A DNA stretch of 63,902 nt, filler included, from an uncultured Methanosarcinales archaeon (GTDB lineage Archaea > Nanobdellota > Nanobdellia > Woesearchaeales > CAZOXR01), in NCBI GenBank assembly GCA_964566535.1. It is 5 parts of 5 records of this genome, joined end to end, with 100 filler letters (N's around TTAATTAATTAA, not from the genome) between each part and the next. Parts side by side here need not be neighbours in the genome. Positions count along the whole stretch, not along the records: positions 1 to 20,737 come from CAZMIO010000002.1; 4 more parts are not named here. The stretch is one strand, 5' to 3'. The position numbers and the translations under genes were made by a program. Under the pieces are notes generated by a model that ran no database searches, had not been told where the DNA came from, and worked only from the letters and a program-made list of their open reading frames with translations. Below are positions 1 through 9,414 of this stretch, piece after piece (position 1 is the stretch's first letter; each line of letters opens with the position of its first letter).

Positions 1-78
1 TCTTGCTTCGTTAACTAAGTCAGAAATTATAGATATACTGTCTTTTAAATACCTTGGTTCAGCTAATGTAAGTTTCAT
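1..78 (-). CDS. pcn: PCNA sliding clamp, 5' part (runs off window)
   Basis: Manual translation MKLTLAEPRYLKDSISIISDLVNEAR resembles the archaeal PCNA N-terminus; G-rich RBS upstream. Confidence 0.85.
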   Translation of the reverse strand, partial: MKLTLAEPRYLKDSISIISDLVNEAR

Positions 79-133
79 TTAATAACCCCCTTATGGTAAA
101 GCAGAAACAAGCCCTTATTTATATTTTTTATGG

Positions 134-1465
134 TCAAAACCTAAGTTTAGTCCCATCATTAACCAAATGTACTGTTTTCCCAACTTTATAACCCTTCTCA
201 ACAGCTAAATCAGCCAAAGCTTCCTTCATATCTTGGTTCCCATGCGCAGGAATGATATGCTTGGGCTTTACTAAATTAAACAAATCCCGGAGATCCTCTC
301 GAGAAGCATGTCCAGAAACATGTATATCCCTAAAAATCCTAACGCCATAAGTTTTCAATTGATCCTCTAAAACTTTCCTGTTCTCAATGTTCACTTCACT
401 TGGAATTACAGTACAAGAAAAAATAATGTGGTCCTCGGGCTTAAGCCTAAATGGCAATTCCTTCCTAGCCATCTTAGAAAGAGTAGCTTTAGGTTCACCT
501 TGATGTCCAGTAACAACCAACAAAACTTTATTTCTTTGTTTCTCAAGCTTTCCTATCCTATTCTTAATCTTAGAACCGAACTTAACAATCTCAACATCCT
601 TAGAAAAATCAATTAATCCTGCATTCTGTCCAGCTTCAACATACTTAGCTAAACTCCTCCCTAAAAATATAATCTTTCGATTCATCTTCTTCCCAAACTC
701 AACAATTGATTTCAACCTAGCTAAATGAGAAGAAAACGTAGTAACTATGACTGCATGTCCCCTACTATCACAACCTAACATAACATCCCTTAGCATCTCC
801 CTAGCTACATTCTCAGAAGGAGTCTTAACTGGGTGTGTGGCCCTCGTACAATCAACAACTAAAGCCAATACTCCTTTGTTCCCAAGCTCCTTCAATTTCG
901 CATAATTAGGCTTCTTACCAATAATTGGATTGTTATCAAACTTAAAGTCATTAGCATACACCACAGTCCCATCAGGAGTGTGTACTGCAACCATCACAGT
1001 ATGAGGAGTTGAATGAGTCATATTAACAAACTCAATCTTAATGTTATCAGAAACCTGATAAAAAGAATTAGAATTCAACACCTTTATCGGATTATTTAAT
1101 TTAATTTTCTCATCTTTTGATATCGCCTTGATAACCTCGTTAGTAAAACGTGTACAAAGAATCGGAGCACTATAATTATTAGATAAAAAAATCAAAGCAC
1201 CAACATGATCCAAATGTGCATGAGTGGGAATTATCGCCTTAACATTAGCCTTCCAATCACTAATCACTTTATCATTAGGTATTGCCCCAACCTTCAACAA
1301 TTCAGCAGAACTTAGCTGAAATAAATCTTCATCCTCAGTATACCTGATATAGCTTTCAAGATGAATCCCCATATCAATAATAACAACTTCATCTTTGTAC
1401 TTAATAGCAGTCATATTCTTACCAATCTCATTATAACCGCCAATTGCACATATCTCAACTACCAT
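134..1465 (-). CDS. rnj: Ribonuclease J (beta-CASP)
   Basis: GGYNEIGKN, THAHLDH, HVSGHA and IPAHG motifs. Confidence 0.95.
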   Translation of the reverse strand: MVVEICAIGGYNEIGKNMTAIKYKDEVVIIDMGIHLESYIRYTEDEDLFQLSSAELLKVGAIPNDKVISDWKANVKAIIPTHAHLDHVGALIFLSNNYSAPILCTRFTNEVIKAISKDEKIKLNNPIKVLNSNSFYQVSDNIKIEFVNMTHSTPHTVMVAVHTPDGTVVYANDFKFDNNPIIGKKPNYAKLKELGNKGVLALVVDCTRATHPVKTPSENVAREMLRDVMLGCDSRGHAVIVTTFSSHLARLKSIVEFGKKMNRKIIFLGRSLAKYVEAGQNAGLIDFSKDVEIVKFGSKIKNRIGKLEKQRNKVLLVVTGHQGEPKATLSKMARKELPFRLKPEDHIIFSCTVIPSEVNIENRKVLEDQLKTYGVRIFRDIHVSGHASREDLRDLFNLVKPKHIIPAHGNQDMKEALADLAVEKGYKVGKTVHLVNDGTKLRF

Positions 1466-1512
1466 AATATTACAATCTAAGGATTAGTATATAAACTTTT
1501 AGAAAAGTTTAC

Positions 1513-1585
1513 TTTTCTCAAAGGTTTAGAAAAACATTGTTTTTCTAAAAGGTTTGGGAATACGTGGAATTTTTCTAAAATGTTT
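1513..1585. repeat. Three TTTTCT(A/C)AAA(G/T)GTTT direct repeats upstream of rnj
   Basis: Copies near 1513, 1541 and 1571; adjacent palindrome AAACTTTT-AG-AAAAGTTT at 1493-1510. Confidence 0.55.
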
Positions 1586-1654
1586 GTTGGTAAATGCCAA
1601 TTCGTACATTATAAATTTTTAATAACAATGGCAGCAGAACCAAGAAAAAACAAA

Positions 1655-1839
1655 TGCGGAGAGGAGGACTTGAACCCCCGTAGGCACTAAGCCAATAGAT
1701 GGCCCATAAAGCATTTCATCGATCTCTTGTGAAGACCTCATTACTCAATAACTTGAGTTTGGATTTTTAGCACCGTACTGCCAAAAACTATCCCGTTTAG
1801 CCTTACTAAAAAGTAATTTGGCCACTCCGGCATCTCCGC
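1655..1839 (-). tRNA. tRNA-Leu(CAA) with three BHB introns
   Basis: Acceptor GCGGAGA/TCTCCGC, T arm GGGGG-TTCAAGT-CCTCC, long variable arm. Removing 1797-1817, 1759-1787 and 1701-1751 gives an 84-nt tRNA with ATAGA-CTCAAGA-TCTAT. Confidence 0.9.
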
Positions 1840-1903
1840 ATAACAAATAACTAACCAAGAACACTATAAAAAAGTTTCTAGAATAAAACTAAAAAATAAA
1901 TTC

Positions 1904-2311
1904 TTAAGAAATGCTGTTCAATTTACTCTCAATATCACTCAACTCATCTTCCAACTTATCCAATTCAGTCTTAGGTTTCTTAACTACAGGAGCAACTTTC
2001 TTCACAAATTTCTTAACAACAGGTTCTTTCTTAACTACAGTAATTGCCTTCTCTTTTGCTATGGGGGGAGACTTTACAGTAACAGTAGGCAAACTAGCCC
2101 TCAACTTAAAGACTAACTTAGAAATATCCTTAATATCTTTCTTAAGATTAGTAACGGCAACCATCTTTTTCTCTCGTGTAACTTTAAGAGTCTCATACCG
2201 CTTCAAAGATTCAACAACACCCCTAGATGCCTCTAACAAATTCCTCCTAATCTCTAAAGGGCCCCTTACACCAACGAATAATGGTTCTTCTTGTTGTTGA
2301 TTTTTTTTCAT
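1904..2311 (-). CDS. Hypothetical coiled-coil protein (PLFV motif)
   Basis: GGTGA RBS; PxFV motif shared with two neighbours. Confidence 0.75.
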   Translation of the reverse strand: MKKNQQQEEPLFVGVRGPLEIRRNLLEASRGVVESLKRYETLKVTREKKMVAVTNLKKDIKDISKLVFKLRASLPTVTVKSPPIAKEKAITVVKKEPVVKKFVKKVAPVVKKPKTELDKLEDELSDIESKLNSIS

Positions 2312-2320
2312 AAATTCACC

Positions 2321-2575
2321 TTAAGCACTTGGATGTTCAAATAAAGCCTTATTTATCTCTCCAACTTTCCTATCAATCTCGCCTAATGAAGATTCCCATT
2401 CCTTTAGTTCGCTATCTTCCTGGGACTTAATCTCACTAATCTTCCCAAGATTATCCTTTGCATCGGCCAATTTACTCCTAATAGCGTCTAGAGTACTAGC
2501 AACAGTTTTATATTCATTAATTTTAACAAACACAGGCGCATTTCCGATTTCTCCATTCATTTTTATCCCTCTCAC
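2321..2575 (-). CDS. Small coiled-coil hypothetical protein (PVFVKI)
   Basis: Resembles the C-terminal domain of 2671..3282; true start may be the ATG at 2560. Confidence 0.75.
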   Translation of the reverse strand: MRGIKMNGEIGNAPVFVKINEYKTVASTLDAIRSKLADAKDNLGKISEIKSQEDSELKEWESSLGEIDRKVGEINKALFEHPSA

Positions 2576-2595
2576 CTATTTTTAACTTAACCGCT

Positions 2596-2676
2596 TGTCT
2601 AAAACCACACATATATGGTTTTTGACATCCTCAGAATTCCACCCTAAACCAATCACAGATCGGTGGAATTCTAAGA
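2596..2676. repeat. Double-hairpin element, degenerate copy A
   Basis: TGTCT-AAAACCA..TGGTTTT-TGACATCCTCA-GAATTCCACC..GGTGGAATTC-TAAGA. Confidence 0.7.
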
Positions 2677-3282
2677 TTTAAACAAAATCTTATCAACTGA
2701 TAACAACTTCTTCTGCAAATCTTCCATTTGAGCATGCCATTCTCTATAGATAGTATTCTCATCTTGTTCAAAATCAACCAACCTCGAAACAACCTCGTTT
2801 GAACTTTTTACTTCACTCTTTATTCTGGCAATGTTATCAAGAACATCATTCTTAAATATATCACTCTTAACGAACAAAGGCCCATCTCTCTTAACTTGAG
2901 GGACGCTCATCACAGGCATTTCCTCAACCTTAGGCCCAGAAGGTGGCACTACAGGAATATCTCCAGAAAATGGATGTCCAGCAATCTCTTCATGATGTGG
3001 GGGAAATTTAATTTCATTCTCTTCAGGAAGTTTCAACTCATCAGGAACTGGAGGCATATCTATATCATGGTGTTCTTCTATATCTGGTAAGGGTGGCAAT
3101 TCAGCCTCAATATCATCATGATGTTCTTCTATATCTGGTAAGGGCGGAAGCGCGTCCCCTAAATCCCCTTGATGTTCCTCAGAAATATCTGCTGGAGGAG
3201 GTGGCATCGGAGGTATATCAGCACCCTCTTTAGCTTTAGCTCTACCTTTATTCAAAAAATCAAATATCCCCAACATTATCAC
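2671..3282 (-). CDS. Pro/acidic-rich protein with C-terminal PLFVK coiled-coil domain
   Basis: Duplicated LPPLPDIEEHHD unit; stop codon lies inside element copy A. Confidence 0.8.
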   Translation of the reverse strand: MIMLGIFDFLNKGRAKAKEGADIPPMPPPPADISEEHQGDLGDALPPLPDIEEHHDDIEAELPPLPDIEEHHDIDMPPVPDELKLPEENEIKFPPHHEEIAGHPFSGDIPVVPPSGPKVEEMPVMSVPQVKRDGPLFVKSDIFKNDVLDNIARIKSEVKSSNEVVSRLVDFEQDENTIYREWHAQMEDLQKKLLSVDKILFKS

Positions 3283-3380
3283 CTATCCCATATCTGGGCA
3301 AGGTATATTAAAAACTTTTAGTAGCATTCTAAAATAGTAACAATCCAAAAGCAAACCTTAAATACCTAGATAACATTAAA

Positions 3381-4394
3381 ATGCCAATGAAAAAGGCCCT
3401 ATTCTACACAAAAAAAGGAGGTAAACTTCAATGTACCCTTTGCCCAAAAATTTGTACAATCTCCAAAAACAAAGTAGGATTTTGCAGTGTCAGAAAAAAC
3501 ATAAAAAACGAACTATTTTCTTTGGTTTACGCAAATCCCATTTCAGTTGCGTTAGACCCAATTGAAAAAAAACCACTATATCATTTTCTCCCAGGTACCC
3601 CCTCACTATCAATAGGCACTGTAGGTTGTAATCTTGACTGCAAACAATGCCAAAACTGGACAATAGCAAGAGGACTACCTAACCAACTACCTGAATATGA
3701 ACTTCAGCCAGAAGAACTAATAGAAAAAGCAATAGAATCTGGCTGCAAAAGTATTGCCTACACATACAATGAACCAACAGTATTTTACGAATATGTCTTA
3801 GATACTGCAAAATTAGCAAGAAAGAATGGAATCAAAAACGTAATCGTAAGCAACGGCTTCATAAATGAAGAACCATTAAAGAAATGGTGCAAATACATAG
3901 ACGCAGCAAATATAGATCTAAAAGGATCTGATAAATTCTACAAAACCACTACAACGGGCTGGCTGGGACCTGTCCAAAACACATTAAAGATTCTAAAAAA
4001 GAACAATATATGGTTAGAGATTACAAACCTAATCATCCCCACATTAAACGATAAAGAACAAGACATTAACGACCTATGCAATTGGATAAAAGAAAATATA
4101 GGAGGGAATGTCCCGCTACATTTCTCCTCATTCAGACCTTGTTACAAGTTAACCCATCTCGGAACTACTCCGAAGGAAACTTTAATTAAAGCAAAGTCCA
4201 TAGCAAAAAAAGTGGGTCTAAACTATATCTACATTGGGAATATAACAACCGAGAAACATAACAACACTTATTGTCATAAATGTAACAAACTACTCATAAA
4301 AAGAGATTGTTTCAAAGTCCAAGAGAATAATCTAAAAGAAAATAAATGTACTTGCAAAGTAACAATCCCTGGAAAGTGGAATGATAAAGTTTAA
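3381..4394 (+). CDS. amrS: AmmeMemoRadiSam-type radical SAM enzyme
   Basis: CTLCPKIC, DPIEKKPLYHF, CNLDCKQC, YTYNEP. Confidence 0.9.
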   Translation: MPMKKALFYTKKGGKLQCTLCPKICTISKNKVGFCSVRKNIKNELFSLVYANPISVALDPIEKKPLYHFLPGTPSLSIGTVGCNLDCKQCQNWTIARGLPNQLPEYELQPEELIEKAIESGCKSIAYTYNEPTVFYEYVLDTAKLARKNGIKNVIVSNGFINEEPLKKWCKYIDAANIDLKGSDKFYKTTTTGWLGPVQNTLKILKKNNIWLEITNLIIPTLNDKEQDINDLCNWIKENIGGNVPLHFSSFRPCYKLTHLGTTPKETLIKAKSIAKKVGLNYIYIGNITTEKHNNTYCHKCNKLLIKRDCFKVQENNLKENKCTCKVTIPGKWNDKV

Positions 4395-4423
4395 ATACTA
4401 CAATACAATAGATTAAAATTAGA

Positions 4424-5122
4424 ATGAGTAAGCTACCTATAAATGTCAAAATTTTCTCAGAAAGACCAGTTGACCTAAATGTAATCTGGATTATAATTGT
4501 CATCTTACTGATAATTCTTTCAATATTTCTTGGTTTTAAATACAGTCAAAAATGTCCTGATGTCATATGTCCTGCACAAAAAGACTGTAATTTAGATTGT
4601 ACAACATGTCCAGAAAAAATTGTCAAAGAAGAAACAGTTAGAGAAATAACTAAATATGTCTGTCAAGATACAAAGGAGATTGTGGATGAACCAGAAGAAT
4701 GCTTCCCTCAAATAGATATAGCAACCATCAATCCAATAAAGACAAACGAAGATAACACATTCATCGAAACAACATCAGTAAAGCCAGCGTGTGTCTCGGG
4801 TAGAGCTGGAGGGGAAATGTTTTATCAAATGGCGGCAACACCAGATTCAGTTGTTGTTGAATCCAAAGTAGTAGGCATCGACTCAAAATATCAAGAATTA
4901 AAATCATTCCCTGGACTAGTAGAAAAATACAGATACTTCACAATTTGTGATGAAGCTGAAGCAGGATGTAAGGCTAGTGGAGCATTCCATCTAGGAAAGC
5001 ACAAAACATATTTATTAAGAATCAAATTCGATGAATCGTCAACCACTGGAAGAATAGAATACTCAAATGAATATGTTGTTGACACAACTTCTAACTCCGA
5101 ATACATCAACAGAGATTGTTGA
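4424..5122 (+). CDS. Membrane-anchored Cys-rich hypothetical protein
   Basis: N-terminal TM helix followed by many Cys. Confidence 0.75.
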   Translation: MSKLPINVKIFSERPVDLNVIWIIIVILLIILSIFLGFKYSQKCPDVICPAQKDCNLDCTTCPEKIVKEETVREITKYVCQDTKEIVDEPEECFPQIDIATINPIKTNEDNTFIETTSVKPACVSGRAGGEMFYQMAATPDSVVVESKVVGIDSKYQELKSFPGLVEKYRYFTICDEAEAGCKASGAFHLGKHKTYLLRIKFDESSTTGRIEYSNEYVVDTTSNSEYINRDC

Positions 5123-5168
5123 ATAAAGAAAAGTTTATATAAAATTTCCATCACATTTCATTCTTTAG

Positions 5169-7319
5169 ATGGAATTAGTGAAAAAACTAACAGTTCTACT
5201 TTCTATCTTACTAATCATCTCCAAGATTTCTACAGCAACCATAATGATTAACGAAGTCATGTATAATCCTAAAGGCTCAGACACTAACAAGGAGTTTATA
5301 GAAATATATCATTCGCAATGGCAAAATCTAACTAATTTCTACATATCTGATGGAAAAGCTAATGAAACTCTCATCCCCATCAACATCAATAAATCATCAA
5401 GCTATTCATTGATCATAGAAGATGACTCCACCTTAATCCTTCCAGACACCACCACTTACATTACAGATTCAACAATAGGGAGCCGCGGACTAAACAATGA
5501 TGAAACAGTTTACCTATTCGATGATAACCTAAATCTATTAGACTCAGTAAAAATAAACTCATCAATTGCAAACAACAATGGTTATTCAATGGAGTACTTC
5601 AATGAAAGCTTTTACCAATCAACTAATATCAATGGAACCCCTGGTCATAAAAATAGCGTCTCCCAAATAAACAACAACCCACCAAAAGAAACAAACAACA
5701 TCATCCTCAAGGCATATCTAGATGAAACAATATACCTCGACCAAAAATATACTAAACTTTTTAAGATAGAGATTAAAAATAAAAAACCTTGCTCAAACAA
5801 AGAAAACATAACAGTCTCATATAGTATAACCCATAATAACCTAATAAAAGAATCCCAGTTCACAAGAGAAATTGGTTGTACAGGTTATGCATCCACAGGA
5901 GAATTCATTCCAAAAAGCGCAGGCAATTATACTCTTTGCGGATCAATAATAAACTCATCGTCTCCCAAATCCACCTTCCAAACTAGCCCAGCATGTATGG
6001 ACTTCGAGGCTATAAACATTTATTCGATACCATGCAATTTATCAATCAACATCTCAACAGAAAAGTTCATCTACGATGAAGAAGAAAAGATATCATTCTA
6101 TAACAACTTAAACAAAAAAACATATCCGTTCATCATTGAATATTGGATTCAGGATTTATTTGGCAACATAGTAAAAAAGAAGTTCAATACAACAAATACA
6201 AATAAAAAATCATATACTCCAAAAATAGATGAAAGTGATAAAGTGTTGCTCATAAAATCTAAACTCTACCCCTTGTGCGATGACCAAAACCTATCAGATA
6301 ATTCTGCAGAAAAACTAATAATAATAAAAACCATCTTATCATCCACATATAACATCCAAAAAGATTCTGTGATCAACATAAATAGATTCCTAGGACTATC
6401 AGACAATAAAGCAAAATTTGGACAGACGTTAAGAGTTAAAGCAGATATCTACAAAGGTAATTCAAGAAAAAATGTTGTCCAAGCGTGGATAGAAAAAAAT
6501 AATGACGAGCAATTAAGTGAAAAATCAAAGATAAACCTCTACTCTCGCTACACTAACTACAGCATCACAATCCCAGTACAAATAGATCCAAATTGCGGAT
6601 ATGAGTTTGAAGATGGAGATTACAATTTGATAATTGAAGGTATTGATGCTAAAGCAACCAAAAAGATCAACATAGATGGACTATCTTCGGACTACTGCAC
6701 AACAGAAGTGATATACAAATACATAGAACAAGATGGAAATTCAGGAAATACCGATGATGAATTTAAACTAATCGACTTTCCAGAAGAGATTAAAGAAAAC
6801 GATGATTTAAACTTCAAACTAAAACTCACAAATAAATACAATTCCCCTCACAACTTCAGTGTTTGGAGTTATGTCTACAGGGGCAGCAAATCATATAGTG
6901 GAAATAGAGAATCAAACAAACAGAAAATAAAATTAGCTCCAAAAGAATCAAAAACAATCTCCCTTAACAATCAACTACCTAACACTCCGCCAGGAGATTA
7001 CAAACTAAAAATAAAGATAAATAAAGATAACCAAAAAACAAATAAGGAAATAACAAAAGAAATTAAAATTACCCCTCACAAAAAAGAAGAAACAACCCAA
7101 CCACTATTAAACAAGAGAGAGGAGATAAAAAATAGCTTAAGTCCAACTTTAACAGCACTATCCCCTCAAAAAACAGAGATACTCACAATCTATGAATCTC
7201 CCAACACCAAATTAAAAAAACTAATCCCTTCATTATTCATAGCATTACTCATATTCCTAAACATAATCCTAATTGTCAAAAACCACCCACCACAGATGGG
7301 TGGCATGCTTGTAGCATAG
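5169..7319 (+). CDS. Lamin-tail-domain surface protein with C-terminal TM anchor
   Basis: Signal peptide, IMINEVMYNP..EFIEI, GTPG; 3' end interrupted by element copy B. Confidence 0.85.
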   Translation: MELVKKLTVLLSILLIISKISTATIMINEVMYNPKGSDTNKEFIEIYHSQWQNLTNFYISDGKANETLIPININKSSSYSLIIEDDSTLILPDTTTYITDSTIGSRGLNNDETVYLFDDNLNLLDSVKINSSIANNNGYSMEYFNESFYQSTNINGTPGHKNSVSQINNNPPKETNNIILKAYLDETIYLDQKYTKLFKIEIKNKKPCSNKENITVSYSITHNNLIKESQFTREIGCTGYASTGEFIPKSAGNYTLCGSIINSSSPKSTFQTSPACMDFEAINIYSIPCNLSINISTEKFIYDEEEKISFYNNLNKKTYPFIIEYWIQDLFGNIVKKKFNTTNTNKKSYTPKIDESDKVLLIKSKLYPLCDDQNLSDNSAEKLIIIKTILSSTYNIQKDSVININRFLGLSDNKAKFGQTLRVKADIYKGNSRKNVVQAWIEKNNDEQLSEKSKINLYSRYTNYSITIPVQIDPNCGYEFEDGDYNLIIEGIDAKATKKINIDGLSSDYCTTEVIYKYIEQDGNSGNTDDEFKLIDFPEEIKENDDLNFKLKLTNKYNSPHNFSVWSYVYRGSKSYSGNRESNKQKIKLAPKESKTISLNNQLPNTPPGDYKLKIKINKDNQKTNKEITKEIKITPHKKEETTQPLLNKREEIKNSLSPTLTALSPQKTEILTIYESPNTKLKKLIPSLFIALLIFLNIILIVKNHPPQMGGMLVA

Positions 7320-7428
7320 CTAACATCATCTAGGTGGTTTTTGAGCATGCTCAGAAATATACCCTCATCCATAATTGGATTGTGGACTTTGTCCACTGGT
7401 CAAATAGACTAGTGGTATATTTCTGACA
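7274..7428. repeat. Double-hairpin element, copy B
   Basis: TGTCAAAAACCACC..GGTGGTTTTTGAGCATGCTCAGAAATATACC..GGTATATTTCTGACA. Confidence 0.85.
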
Positions 7429-7499
7429 TATCAAAAAGAAACTATAACCACTCGCCCCAATCGATAATTTTTTAAATTACATACTATTAATCTAAAAAA

Positions 7500-8078
7500 A
7501 TGACTGAACAACCTCAACAAAATCATATCAGGTGCAAAACGATACTTGAAGTTCTTGGAAAACCCAAAGAACATATCGAAAAAAAAATCAAAGAGTACAT
7601 CACAGGCATCAGAGATGACTCAGATCTAATAATTTTAAACGAATCTTTTGCAGATCCAAAGCAACAGGGAGAATTATGGAGTACATTTGCTGAATTAGAG
7701 ATAGTTGTCAAAGGAATCCCAAAACTTGTCGCATTCTGTTTTGACTATATGCCCTCTTCAATAGACATAATAAAGCCAGATGAAATTATCTTCAAAAGTA
7801 AAGACGTTTCAAATATGGTAAATGACATGCAAGCAAGATTACACGGTGTGGATATGGAAGTTAAAAAGCTAAATGTTGAAAATGACTTCTTAAAGAGAAA
7901 CATGAAGGCTTCATTTAAGAATTCAATTGCAGTATTGCTAAAGATGAAAGATATGGATGATGATGAACTCTCCAATTTTACCGGGATACCTAAAGAAGAG
8001 ATAGGAGTTATAATTGAAGAGCTAGTAAAAAACAACAAGATTAAAAAAGAGGAGAACAAATATAAGTTAATAGCATGA
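7500..8078 (+). CDS. Hypothetical protein, possible C-terminal HTH
   Basis: ORF with LEVLGKPKEH and FDYMPSSIDI segments; coupled to scpB. Confidence 0.8.
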   Translation: MTEQPQQNHIRCKTILEVLGKPKEHIEKKIKEYITGIRDDSDLIILNESFADPKQQGELWSTFAELEIVVKGIPKLVAFCFDYMPSSIDIIKPDEIIFKSKDVSNMVNDMQARLHGVDMEVKKLNVENDFLKRNMKASFKNSIAVLLKMKDMDDDELSNFTGIPKEEIGVIIEELVKNNKIKKEENKYKLIA

Positions 8079-9061
8079 ACTTAAAACATAAAGCAGAGGC
8101 GCTGCTTTTTTCTTCAGGAAGGAGAATGTCCGTTGAGGAACTCTCTAAACTTTGTAAAAGAAAAGATGTAGAAGTACAAATAGCCCTAGAAGAGTTAATG
8201 AAAGATTATCAAGAGAAAAACTCATCACTAGAAGTAGTCAACGAAAACAGATACTGGAAAATCACCATAAAAGATGAACACCTCCCTTTAGTCAAAGAAA
8301 TAGTCACAAAAACAGAACTCAGCAAAACTTTGATGGAAACGTTAGCAGTTATCGCATTCAAATACCCAATTAAACAATCTGAATTAATCCATATCCGAAC
8401 GAATAAAGCCTACGACCACCTAAGAGAACTAGAGGATATGGGTTACATCACAAGAATAAAACATGGCCGTTCAAAGCTCATAAAACTAACTGAAAAATTC
8501 TTTGATTACTTCCAATTAGCTGAAGATGAACTACAAGATAAATTCCAAGACTTTGGAAGTATTGCAAAAATAATTGAAAACAAAGAACAAGAAATAAAAA
8601 AAATCAAAGCAGAAAACAAAAAAATAGCAGAACAAGAAAAGAAAAACGCAGAAACCCAAGAAAAAGAAATAGATTTAGTTGATGATAAAGGAAATAAAAC
8701 TAAATTAGAAATTGTTGATGAAGAACCTCCAAAAGAAGAAGAGCCAAAAATACATCAGGAAAAAGAAAAACTTGGAGATTTAGAAATCATTGACGAACCA
8801 AAAGAAGAAGAGACTGAAGAGACCACTGAAGAAGGCAACGAAGAAGAAGCATCAGATGAAGGCACATTAGAATTAGAAACAACAAACGAAACAAAAGAGT
8901 CAGATGAAAACAGTGAAGGAGAAACAACAGACGAAGAATCAAAAGGAGACTCAGAAATAGACCAACGAGTAGAAGAGATGATGCATCCAAAAGAACAAAG
9001 CGAAGAAGAAACAACAGAAGAAGATAAAGAGCAAACCAAAGACACCCCGAAAGAAGAATAA
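8075..9061 (+). CDS. scpB: SMC-Scp complex subunit ScpB with acidic tail
   Basis: EALLFSSG, LSKTLMETLAVIAFKYPI, winged-helix pattern. Confidence 0.9.
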   Translation: MNLKHKAEALLFSSGRRMSVEELSKLCKRKDVEVQIALEELMKDYQEKNSSLEVVNENRYWKITIKDEHLPLVKEIVTKTELSKTLMETLAVIAFKYPIKQSELIHIRTNKAYDHLRELEDMGYITRIKHGRSKLIKLTEKFFDYFQLAEDELQDKFQDFGSIAKIIENKEQEIKKIKAENKKIAEQEKKNAETQEKEIDLVDDKGNKTKLEIVDEEPPKEEEPKIHQEKEKLGDLEIIDEPKEEETEETTEEGNEEEASDEGTLELETTNETKESDENSEGETTDEESKGDSEIDQRVEEMMHPKEQSEEETTEEDKEQTKDTPKEE

Positions 9062-9062
9062 A

Positions 9063-9209
9063 ATGTTCCTTCTACAATGCCCCAAATGCAAAAACAAGAT
9101 GAAGTATCAGTCCCAAAGCCAAATAATTACAAGCAAAAGAAAGAGGTGTGTTTATTGTGGTTTTTCAATGAGTATAAGAAATTCAATTACCAAGGAAATC
9201 AACTCTTAA
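9063..9209 (+). CDS. Zinc-ribbon microprotein (48 aa)
   Basis: Manual translation MFLLQCPKCKNK..KRCVYCGF..; two CxxC; starts 1 nt after the scpB stop. Confidence 0.75.
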   Translation: MFLLQCPKCKNKMKYQSQSQIITSKRKRCVYCGFSMSIRNSITKEINS

Positions 9210-9308
9210 TCCCAAATACACCACTTACAGCCCCTATAAAGCCAAAATTCAACCAAAATACTTATAAACCCCCACCCATTCAAATTAACTGAGGTCTCAC
9301 CTCAATTC

Positions 9309-9407
9309 TGTCAAAAACCACCATGTTAAATCAAAAGAGATTGTCAAAAATTACCTAAACCTATAAAGTGGTTTTTGAGCATGCTCAGAAATCTTCGATT
9401 TCTGACA
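9309..9407. repeat. Double-hairpin element, copy C, in the gyrA leader
   Basis: TGTCAAAAACCAC..GTGGTTTTTGAGCATGCTCAGAAATC-TTC-GATTTCTGACA. Confidence 0.85.
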
Positions 9408-9414
9408 TATTAAA

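Noticed and set aside
9077..9292. 71-aa ORF from the track
   Set aside because: It overlaps a better zinc-ribbon ORF (9063-9209) and the likely gyrA promoter
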